Shown: in pieces, positions 11,101 to 23,100 of the stretch
How positions within the stretch are numbered: the first letter of the stretch is position 1
How the letters are laid out: each line of letters starts with the position of its first letter
DNA from: Sphaerodactylus townsendi
Taxonomy: Eukaryota
Assembly: GCF_021028975.2 (NCBI RefSeq)
Contig: NC_059425.1
Span: 102,734,001 to 102,798,000, forward strand
Length of the DNA stretch: 64,000 nt
Direction of reading: 5' to 3'
The notes under the pieces: model-generated
Databases searched by the model: none
What the model was told of the DNA's origin: nothing
Seen by the model: the letters and a program-made list of their open reading frames with translations, nothing else
Translations under genes and position numbers: made by a program

Positions 11101-14100
11101 CTCCTTCATCCTCAAAACTTAACTGGGGGAAGGAAGAAGGAATAGAAAAACAAATAAAGAAATAAGGGTTAGTGGAAGGCTTGCAAGTTATACTGATTAG
11201 ACAATTTGTAATACAGGTCTCTGTGCAATGGAGTCTTGCAGTCTTAAAGTTCATCTTTTTTGATGTTTCCTCTCTTCTCCCTTCCTAGTGGCGCTTATGT
11301 TTTTCTTGCCATTGCTGATCCTTGGCTAGTTTGGATTACTTTTCCCTTCTGATCATTTCTTACATACTTTTTGTATTCTTGTTTGTTCTTCTCTCCCATA
11401 TGAGCTGAACATTGCTCAGAGATCTTTGTTTTAATCTGCTTTGCAATAAAGCCAATGGCTTTTTGATATGTCAGTTTGATCATCTTTCTTACATATCATG
11501 CCAGGAGCCATCTGTGCAGTCCTGAGGGCTTTAAAAGGAATGCTGTTCACAAAGATTGATTTGTAAGGCGGACTTATTGGATTGCTTTGTTCTTGTGTAA
11601 GTTGATATGCAAGCAAATTGCATGGAAAAGTTTTTTTAATCAACATAGGTATAGAAAATATTCCAGTTCAGAAGCCAGCCCCAAATAATAAATATTCCTT
11701 TGTCCTTTCTAAAATAATCACGTTTGCTTTCTGTATATCTCATCATAGAACATTCAAGCCATGTGTTAACTGGGATCTGTTTAGAAACGCACCTGTGCAT
11801 CTTCCTTCTTCAAACGAAAACCCTACATGGAGAATCTAAAAAATGTGTTATTGGTGCTATATAGAATAGAATAGAATAGAATAGAATCTTTATTGGCCAA
11901 GTGTGATTGGACACACAAGGAATTTGTCTCCGGTGCATATGCTCTCAGTGTACATAAAAGAAAATACATTTGTCAAGAATCATAGTTATGTTTGATTTCA
12001 TGTTACAAGATTGCATTAAAAAGCCATCTTAAAGCAACATTTCTGCAAATAGGAGAACAAAAGAAATCAAGATTGGAGAGAAATATGTTTGTAATTTGAT
12101 TTATGTTTTACAAATAAACTCTTTATTTTTGATGTAGCCCTAGGGCAATTTTTGTGCATATTTGATGTATTTTTTTTAGCAAGTGTAAAAGTGTGTGGTG
12201 ATGATTGCCAGATCTGGTCTGGCAGCCAGCAGGAAATTGGGTGCCCTTGTGTGAGTAGAATGTTTGATTAATTTATTTGTTAAACTCTAGCTATGAGTGA
12301 GGAAGAATATAGAGAAACTGAAATGTTAAAGATTTACCGTAACACCCCAGGTTTCTGGCACTGGGCATTATCTATATTTTTAAATGAGTGTTGCTAAAAG
12401 CTATAAACTGAATAGTAAATCATAGTTCTTCCATAGTAATCTCAATGTCATGTGTGAGTAAACTGTGAAATACATTGATATGACTTTCCAGTGATAGTTC
12501 TTTTTCCCTTGAAATTCTCATGGGAGTGCAGTTTTGGCACTTGAAAAGATGGACTGGAAACTCAAGATCTCTTGTTCTTAACTTGATAAGCATTATGTCG
12601 TTTTGAAATGGTTGAATTTGTCTCTAAAATGGGATCGGCGTAATGTGTAATTTGGCTCTTAGGTTACTCAGAGAATTAATGGCTGTGCTGACATTTGAAC
12701 CCAGAATTTTTCACTCATCGCTCATCTTCTTAGCCACTTCCACAACATCTCAAATGGTGTTGTGGAAAGTGCCATCAAGCCACAGCTGACTTTTGGTAAT
12801 TCCTTAGGATTTTCAAGGCAAAAGACATTTGGAATTGGTTTGCCATTGCCTGCCTCTACATGGGCTGAGAGAGTTCTGAGAGAACTGTGACTGACCAAAT
12901 GCACACGACACACTTTTTGTGGAGCAGTGGGCAATCAAATCTGGTTCTCCAGATTAGAGTGCATTGCTCTTAACCACTATAAGAGTAGATAGGGTTTAAT
13001 TAGAAAGAAGAATTACAGGCAGAATTTTGAAGTAGAGTTAACTGGGGTGGTGGAAAGTGCCATTAAGTTGCAGCCAATTTATGGAAACCATGTAAGATTT
13101 TCAAGGCAATAGATGTTCAGAGTTGGTTTGCCTGCCTCTTCTTAGCAATCCTGGACTTCTTTGATGATCTCTTCACCAGATACTAAGTAAGGCTGACCCT
13201 GCTTAGCTTTCAAGTTCTAATAAGATCAGGCTAGCCTGAGCCATCCAGGTCAGGCAGAGTTTATCTTAATCAGTATATCTAATTTTCAGCGTGGCCAAAT
13301 TTGTGCATACTTAAATTCAGAGACTGGAGCTGTGAACAGACACAACAGACCTTTAAACAACAATGGCAAAATAGCAAGCTTGGTCAATAAAAAACCCAAT
13401 CAAGAATTTCAAGATAAATGGAAAGCATACTTCTCATATTATTGTTAAATGTAAAAGAAGCAATGAAATGAAAAATACACAGCGGAATGTTATATATATA
13501 TATATATTTATGTAGAGAGAGAGAGAATCAATGAAATGAAATGTACATAGTAGAAATGTTATATATATATATATGGAGAGAGAGAGAGAGATTAATAGGT
13601 GCAGGCAGCAGTATTGTGATATATTGTGATAAGTGCACTGGGGACAAAATAAGTTTTTAACTTGCTAAGTTTCATAATGTTGTAAGCAAACATTTAGAAA
13701 ATAACAATCACAGTGACTATACACCAGATAATATCTGTTATTATCCAGCTTATGCCCTTATAGAACACTATTTGTACAGCTGTGTAGCTGTCTATATTTG
13801 AATTGCAATTAAGTTAAGCTTCATTCTTCGTTCCTATTTTTTTGTTTAACTGCTTTTATATTGCTGTTACTATGTTATTTTTTTAAAAAAGACAACCCCA
13901 AAAAACACCCCAGTTGCCAAAAAATCTGAAATCTTTAAAAAAAAATTGATGGGTGAACCCACCCCAACGATAAAAGTAGCACCTGTAGCTTTAAGAAACA
14001 GACGGCCTCAGTAACCACCACAGCATTGCTAGCTTTCAAAGCTCTATTTCTGTCAATAAAAGACAGGGTATGGGGGCAGGGCCTTTTCCAAGGTTTTTTT

Positions 14101-17100
14101 TTGCCCTTTTAGAGAGGACTCATTGGGCCAGATCTGGCAGCAACCACCAATGAACATTCCTATCTGGGGTGGGGAGAGGGCTTGAAGGAGCAATGCAACC
14201 TTGCGCCAACACGTTTGCCCTCCCCAGGGCACTTACTTGGTGGAGGAGGCAGATGCGCCAGTGGCCACCCATTCCTCAGCACTGGCATTCTGATTAGATG
14301 CCAGCATGGGGGAACAGGCTGGGGTATTCTCATGGGTGTTAGTTGGCTTTCACACAGGGTTTACAGCCAGGAGCATGGCACTGTGGCCTCATGGTATATG
14401 TCCTATGGAGGACTTTCCTACAGCGGCGGGGGAGGGGAATGTTGCATTTTTTGTTTCCTGTGCTTCTGGCAAGCACTCTTGAAGGTGGCAGGGCACTGTG
14501 ATACCGCATCCTATCAGCGAGGACTTTGGATGGGGATGTTATTGTCTATTACCTGACTTGCACAATTTACCTAGACCTGGTTACTTGCAACTGAAAATGG
14601 GGTGGGGGTAAAAAGCAGGTTGGTAGATGGCTAAGATGGAGAAAGCAGAAAAAGAGGAGAGGATATTGGAGTTGACAAGAGAAGAGAAAGTGAGGTGCCC
14701 ATGTTCTTGTGGGTTCTCTATCTTGCAAGTAAGCATGGCCCTGTGGCTGGCACCACACAACTGGATGATAGTTTTCCTAGGTAGAGGTTGCTCGAGGGGG
14801 GAAGTTGACAGGGAACAGATTAAAGTTGGTTGGCTATTGAGTGGGAGGAAAGAAGGAAACAGGAAAAAGGAAGAGACTATGGGGGAGTTCAGGGAAGGAA
14901 AAGGGGAAGGAAAAGGGAGAGAAAAATGAGATGCTCCCCACAAGTCCTTGTGGATTGTCCATTTGTATATTCAACAGTTCTTTTTGGTCAGCAACCTGTG
15001 AACACAGTATTAATTTTATGTAGTTTAATCTGTTTTTAAAAACAAATATATAAAAGGTGATAAAGTCAATTTCAATGAAATTACAGAACAACTTATTGTC
15101 AAAGGCTTTCACAGCTGGATTCAACTGGTTGTGGTGGGTTTTCCGGGTTGTGTGGCCGTGGCCAAGGGAGGCAATTTTGCTGTCACTCACACCAGAGTTC
15201 CCATGGAAGACATCATTGCTACTGTAGAATCAGCCCTCTGACATCTTCCAGAAGAGGAATCAGAGGAACTAAGAGGAGAAACATCAAGGATATTACAAAA
15301 AGCAAAACTTCCCTCCAGCAGTATTACACGAAAGGAAAGAAATTCCATTAAGCTCAGATCCAGAAATCATCATACTTCAAGCAGACAAGGGAAATGCCTC
15401 CGTAATAAAAAAAAACCTGAACAATATAAAGAAAAATATCAGAGAACTCCTGGCTCCTACAACATACAAAAAACTAAAACAAGACTCAACCAAGAAAATC
15501 ACTCGCCAAACCACCACATTGATTAAGAACTCCACCATTCAACCAGACACATGCCATTGACTCTGTAAGTCAGAAGCTCTTCCACCCCGGTTATATGGAC
15601 TCCCAAAAATCCACAAGGACTCCATTCCACTCAGACCTATTGTGAGTGCAATTGGTTCCCCCACATATGAACTGGCAAAATTCAACACTGCCTAACAACC
15701 AGCTACTTCCAATGGGACAATGATTACTATGAGCAGACAGATGGGGTAGCCATGGGAAGCTCCCTCAGCTTGGTGGTAGCCAATTTTTGCATGGAACATT
15801 TTGAGAAACAAGCCCTCAAAACAGCACCCAGGAAACCTGCAACTTGGTTCCAATTTGTAGATGACACTTTTACAATCGAGTCATGGCGAGGAGGAACTGC
15901 TGAATTTTCTGGACCACTTTAACAGCATCCACCCAAACATGCAATTTACCATGGAAGCTGAAAAAGAAGGAAAACTGCCTTTCTTAGATGTCTTGGTCTT
16001 TCGCAGACCCAACCATCAACTGGGCCACACAGTATACAGAAAACCAACTCATACAGACCAGTATCTACATAAAAACTCCAACCACCATCCACAACAGAAA
16101 AGGGGTATAATCAAAACTCTGACAGATCGGGCAAAACAAATTTATGAACCTCACCACCTCCCTGATGAAATCAATCATCTAGAATGGGCTCTTCAGGCTA
16201 ATGGCTACTCCACAACGGAAATCAGAAGAGCTTTAAGACCAAGAGAACCCCTGAGGATTGAGGAGAAACAGCCCACCACAGGAAAAATATTTCTACCGTA
16301 CATCAATGGAATCACTGATCAAATAGGGAAACTGATGAAGAAACATAACCTACAAACCATCTTCAAACCTACCAGAAAAATACAGCAGATGCTACTCTCA
16401 GCAAAGGACAAGAGAGACCCCCTCACTTCTGCAGGAGTCTATCGTATACCCTGCATCAGTGGAAAGGTCTACATAGGAACCACAAAAAGCAGCATCCAGA
16501 CTCGTATTAAGGAGCATGAAAGACACTGTTGGCTTAACCATCCTGAAAAATCTACAGTTGCAGAACATGTCTTAAACAAAATTGGATGTAACATTTTATT
16601 TGAAAATACTGAAATTCTGGACAATTCAGAAGGTTACTAAGTCAGACTGCACAGGGAGGCCAGTGAAATTCACAAACACCAAGACAACTTCAACAGGAAA
16701 GAAGAGACTCTGAGAATTAACAAAGCTTGGCTACCAGTACTTAAAAACACCAAAAACAAACCCCAAGGGCATGCTAAATTCATGAACAATGGACTCCATC
16801 CAAACACAGGATTTGCATTCACCAATACTGCTGCTGCAGGGCATGAAAATGTGAATCACTTCCTGGACTGATAAACCCCACCCGCAATACAATACTATCA
16901 ACCACCCAAACACTTACTGATTGGTATCCCACCCTGGGGCATGGACAATATATACCCCACTAAACATTCCCTTTTGACTGGACACAGTGTGTAACAGACT
17001 TCCTTCTGTGATACACCTCTGAAGATGCCAGCCACAGATGCAGGCGAAACGTTAGGAAAAGATCCACCAGACCACAGCCACACAGCCCAGAAAACCCACC

Positions 17101-20100
17101 ACAACCAGTTACAGAACAACTGTTTACAGCTAGAATTGCAGGTGGCAGCTGTGGTCAGGCGGTTGGTTAATGAGCTGCTTCGATTGGTTAATGAACTTCT
17201 ATTGGTTAATGTGCTGCAGCCTTTCCCTTTCCTGACAAAAAAAGATCTGGCTGCTGTGGTGCATGCCCTGGTTACATCTAGACAAGTTATGAAAAGTTGC
17301 TCTAAGTCGGTCTGCTGCTTGAGAAGTTTTTGAAAACTTCAATTGTTAAGGAATGCTGCAGCCAGTACGTTGACTGGAGTGTATCGAAACGACCATATCA
17401 CTCTAGTCTTGGCCCATCTACACTGGCTCCCAATTTGTTTATGGGCACAATTAAAGGTTCAAGTATTGACTTCCAAAGCCATACACAGTTGGAGACCAGT
17501 ACCTGAAGGGCCACCTACTCCCTTATGAATCAGTGCCTGACCTCTATGGTTATCTTCAGAGGCCATGCTTCAGATGTTACCAATTTTTGAGATTAAACAG
17601 GTGGTAACTCGGGAGAGGGCTTTCTTGGTCATGCCACCGAAGTTCTGGAACTCTCTCCCCAGGGAGATTTGTACCCTTCTGTTGCCATCTTCTGCCAGTA
17701 CCTGGACACTTTTTTTATTTCATTTGGCACTCCCTTAATGATACCTCCCTAACAATACTTTTATGTTTCATATATATTTCAACTCTGTTTTTTATTGTTT
17801 TCATTATGTGTGTTGGGGTTGACTTTAATTGTTTTAAAATGAATATGTTTTAAATTGTTAGTCAATGGCCCTTGTAAGGGCAGAAAGGCGGGATACAAAT
17901 TTTGTAAATACATAAAATAAATAGAATTATATGATAAACCGAAATATCGTTACATTTTTTGAAAACATTGTAAGGCCACAAGAAAAGGAACTTCTTACTA
18001 GTTTCCTAAAAGTAGGGAAGCAAGAGCACAGACAAACCTTTGGCAATGAGGCAAGGGTGGAGTAAAAACAGGATTTCTATAATCAAGGAATCACCACCAT
18101 AAGGGCTATGGTCTGAGCTGTGATATCTGACGCAGGATATTTCCTTGAGATCTGAAATTTTTGTATAGGATTTCAATATAATGAAGCTGTAATTCCGAAC
18201 AAACATTCTCAGGAATAAATTGGTGAGATTTAGCCTTGAGTGCACGATTATGGGACAGAGCCTTTGCTCCACTCTTGATATTTATTCAAATTTCTTTTTA
18301 TAAATGTGGCTGGCTGGTAGGATCATGCTCTTCCACTACATTACATCTCTCTTCAAATGTAGTGAACTCTTTCATCAGCAACATGTTTACATGTTGTGAA
18401 AGGCTGTGTTTAGCTTTTTAAATTTGATGTCAGAGTTAGCAAATTCATTCAATAAATTTTGAAAGTGATCTGTGCCAAAATACTGGCACACTTTTTTTTC
18501 ATGCAGCAGATGGCACTGTTACATCCTGAAATAGGAAAAGACTCTACTGATAAATTATACCTGTTTACAGTGTTGAAATATCCAGTGAAAAATTAGTGCA
18601 GAGTGGTCTTGAGGTTTAGGTCATTTCACTTAGAACATAAAATGGCACTTATCTTTTCATGAGCTCTTACCAGATCTGTAACCTAGGATGATAGACTTTG
18701 AAGAACATCTTGGAAAATATTGTACATGCCAAAAGATATTTAGAAGATAGTGGTATAGCAACATCCTGCACAGGTAATAAAGGGTTTTGAATGTGCTGGT
18801 TGGTTTTCTGATGAAGGAATTCTGAAGAAAGTTAAAGAGAACATCTTTTCTTTTGCATCTATGTATATACTCTCAAGACACAATTAGGTATGAATTTCAG
18901 CAAATTTAATTATTTGAATGGGTTTCAGTATTTCTTGTTGTTGGATAGAATCATAGAGTTAAAAGGGTTGAAAGTCTGTTTAATCCAACCCCCTGGTCAA
19001 TGCAGGATCAGCCTAGAGAGCACCCCTGACAAATGTTCATCCAGTCACTGCTTGAAGTTTGCCAGTGAGGGGGAGCTCACCACCTCCTCAAGCAGCCAAT
19101 TCCACTGTTGAACTACTCTCAGTACAAAAATGTTTTCCCTAATATCCAGACAATACCTTTCTTCCCATAATTTAAATCCATTATTGTGAGCACTATCCTC
19201 TGTTGCCAACAGGAATGGATCCTTGCCCTCCTCTAAGTTACAGCCCTTCAAATACTTAAAGAGATCCATGATGTCTCCGGTCCCAACTTGGGCTACTAGG
19301 TATCAAGTTACAGCAGGGAGCTGAGTCTAGTCTGGGAGTCCATCAAGCAATTTCTGTCAAAAGTCCTGTCTGAGGGTCAGAATGCACAGAATCAACAAGT
19401 CAAAAAAGCACTGCAGAAGTCACATGCTTTGTTGCATCCTGGCTGGTATGCTCTGTGAACCTGCTTAATATTGTTGGGGAATTGTTTCCCTATTTGGGTA
19501 ATAAGCAGAGTGAGAGGAAAGACCAGGAGACTTTTGCTGTGATTATAAAAAGAAACTTTACTTAACTAAATCAGGGTAGGGTATACATGGCATATACATC
19601 ACAAATCCTTACTATTCTAGCACAAACTTAGTTACAGAACTTAGGCACATGTGAGCCCACATGTGGCCTAGGCGTTCACCTCTTAAGGTGAATCCACCTT
19701 ACAGGTACAAAAGAAAAACTCGTGTGCTGGTGCACTGTGAAACAAAGAAACATAGTTAACTTTATAACCTCTGACCTACAATGTCGGATTAACTGCCCAA
19801 TGACTAATCAATGAATAGATAGCAAGACACTGACCTCACTAGCTAATTAACATGCACACAGTTAACCCCTTGTTGTCAGGATTGTGACAGACACTTGCAA
19901 ATCCTAACAAATATAGGGTCTTCTAGCATGTTAGGCTTCATACTGTGAAGACTCTGCTTCCCTCTGCTGCAGAAGGTGCCTACTAGGAGGTAGCAGGCAC
20001 ATGCTTCTTTGTTTAACTTGCAAAGCCTCCCTGTGTTGCTGCCTCTGTTGCCATGTGGGCTCAGGTAAGCTAGGCACATGAGTCTCTGCAGCTGGAGCAG

Positions 20101-23100
20101 GGCTGGATGCACAGCCTGCTTCTGGAGGCACTTTGGGTTCTGAATCCTGACCTGCCTGTAGAGCCTGTAGGGTCCTGGCTGCTCCAAGCCCAGCCCTTGT
20201 TAGTTCGCAACCTGGTTTCAGCCTACTAGGCTCTGCTCATCCCCTAAGACTCACCACTCTCCAGGGATTGGCCCAGAACATCTCCCCTCAACCTCTTCTT
20301 CTCTAGATTGAACATTCCCAAGTCCCTTGCCCTTTCCTCGTAGGGTCCCGATGGTCACAAGAACATAAGAAAGAACACAAGAAAGAGTCTGCTTGGTCAG
20401 TCCATCTAGTCCAGGATTCTGCTACTTGCAGTGGCCCACCAGATACCTTTGGGAGCTCACATGCAGGATGTGAAATCAATGGCCTTCTGCTGCTGTTGCT
20501 CCCGAGCACCTAGTCTGCTAAGGCATTTGCAATCTCAGATCAAGGAAGATCAAGATTGATAGTCATAGATCGACTTCTCCTCCATAAATCTGTCCAAGCC
20601 CCTTTTAAAGCTATCCAGGTTAGTGGCCATCACCACCTCCTATGGCAGCATATTCCAAACATCAATCACACATTGCGTGAAGAAATGGTTCCTTTTATTA
20701 GTCCTAATTCTTCCCCCCAGCAGTTTCAATGTATGCCCCCTGGTTTTAGTATGGTGAGAAAGAGAATTCTCTCTGTCGCCATTTTCTACCCCATGCATAA
20801 TTTTATAGACTTCAATCATATACCCCCTCAGATGTCTTCTCTCCAAACTAAAGAGTCCAAAATGCTGCAGCCTCTCCTCACAAGGAAGGTGCTCCAGTCC
20901 CTCAATCATCCTCCTTGTCATTCTCCACCTGCTCCATTCTTCACATCCTTTGAGGGATTCTTCACGTCCTTTTTGAAGTGAGGCCTCCATAACTGCACAC
21001 AGTATTCCAGGTGTGGCCTGATTAATGCAGTGAACAGTGGGACTATGACATCTTGCAATGTGGATATTATGCCTCTGTTGACACTTCAAGATTACATTAG
21101 CCATTTTTTTACAGCTGCATCACATGGGCTGCTCATGTTTAGCTTATGGTCCACCCATACCCCAAGATCTGGTTCACACACACTATTACCTAGAAATGTA
21201 TTCCACATTCAGTATGTGTGTTTCCCATTTTTGTTACCTAGAAGTAGAACTTTGCAGTTATTGTTGAATTGCATCTTGTTCATATCACTCAATTTTCCAG
21301 TGCATTCAGATCTTGTTGATTTCTCTCTCTGTCTTCTGGTGTGTTTGCTGCTGCTCCCAATTTGGTGTCATCTGTAAATTTCATGAGTAGTCCCTCCACT
21401 TCCTCATCCAGATCATTTATAAAAAATATTGAAAAGTACGAGGTCCAGAACTTGGCCCTGTGGCATCCCTACTGGTATTTCCCTCCATTCAGATGTGGTT
21501 CTCCAAACAGTTCCCTATCTACCTAACTATCCTGGACTCCAGTTCACAGTGCTCCAGTTTACCCATCAGAATATGATGGGGAAACCTGTCAAAAGGTTTA
21601 CTGAAATCCATGTAAAAACCATCAACAGCAATCCCTCGATCCAATAAACTTGTCACTGAATTAAAGAAGGAAACAAGGTTGATCTGGCAGAACCTATTGG
21701 GGACAAATCTGTGCTGGTTTCCCCAGATCCCCAAGTTGTCCAGATGCTTGCAAATTAATCCCTTTAAAAATTGTTTAATATCTTCCCCGGAACAGACTAG
21801 CCTGTAGTTTCCTGGGTCATTCCTCCTCCCTTTTTTTGAAAATTGGGATAACGTTCGCTTTCCCCCAGCCTTGTGGCACATCTCCCATACTTCAAGAGAT
21901 CTTGAAAATGATGGGCAAAGGCTCTGCAAGCCCTCTAGAAAGTTCTTTGAACACTCTGGGATACCATCTGGCCCAGAGAATCTGTACTTATCCAGTTCAG
22001 CCAGGAACCTGTCAACAATCTCTCTGTCCATGTGAACTGGCAGTCTAAATGCCATGCCTTGCCTACTATCATCTCCACATACGCTTGTTTTCAGGGGAAA
22101 AAACTGAAGGAAAATAGGCTTTGGGCCTTTCTGCTTTCTCTCTGACTTCTGTCAGAGTTTCTCCATTTTTAATCCTCACATACCTGAATATTTTTTTGTT
22201 ACGGCAAGCTTCCCTGGATGGTGCTGACATATGATAATTAACTCTGATGGTAGGGTTGCCAACTTTTAGGTGGGAATCAACCATCAAAAAATTGGTAGGT
22301 GCACCTGAAAGGTTGAATAAATACCACACTGTCCCGAAACGCGTAAAGGTGTATTAATACCTGTAAGCCTTTAACATATAGTCACTAAAATAACTCTTAC
22401 TCTTTCTTTATTTTACAGATAATAACTCAAGATAATCCAACTCAAGATAATCCAATAAACAAAATTAACAGGGGCCGTTTCTGCATTTTGGTACTATCCA
22501 ACGCCTGGCAAGAATTCTGCGGCGTGGAGGCGGAAGGCCGCTAATGCAAGCATTGACCTCTGGAGAGCAGGCAGGCGGCAGGTGGCTCGCGATGGAGCTG
22601 CCTCTTCCCCTCCCGTCAGAGCTCACCTTGTCCCGATGCGACCTGCCTTTGGCCGTCGAAGCCCATGCGCTGCCCTCCGACCTCCAGGTCGAGGAGGGAC
22701 AGCGTGAAGCGGGCTTCCAGCAATGGTCATGATCGAGCGGCAACATGTTCGGCCCGTTGCTGTTGTACCCAGCCGCCCGAGAACAAGCTGTTCTTGGAAA
22801 AACAACCCTTTAAAGGGTTGTTTTTTCAGAAGCGGCATGACGCCGTCCTGGGGAGGAGAGCGACGCCAGGTTGGTGCTGCTGCTTAGCAGCAGCGCCGCC
22901 TGTGCGAATGGCTCCCTGGGAACGGCGTTTTTACCGTTCCCAGGGCGCCATAAACAGGCCGTGCGGAAATGGCCAGGATGTTCTCTGATCTTGTCTCATT
23001 AAATATCAATGTATATGCAACACTCTCCAGCACTTTCATCGTCTACAGTGAGGCATATCACTGATTTACCTTTCTTTGTTGACCTACATTCTAAGTCTCT

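Larger units (their letters stand above)
18945..22210 (-). mobile_element. Older CR1 LINE, interrupted twice (segments 18945-19278, 20281-20358, 20919-22210)
   Basis: ATAGAATCATAGA tail at 18945; [23 protein letters not shown]; [29 protein letters not shown] motifs; segments join colinearly. Confidence 0.85.

Noticed and set aside
13045-13255. 5S rRNA gene (also 45015-45100)
   Set aside because: Diverged, partial and fused to SINE bodies.
15861-16640. Functional 259-aa host gene
   Set aside because: Fragment of a Penelope ORF with frameshifts, an internal deletion and a premature stop.
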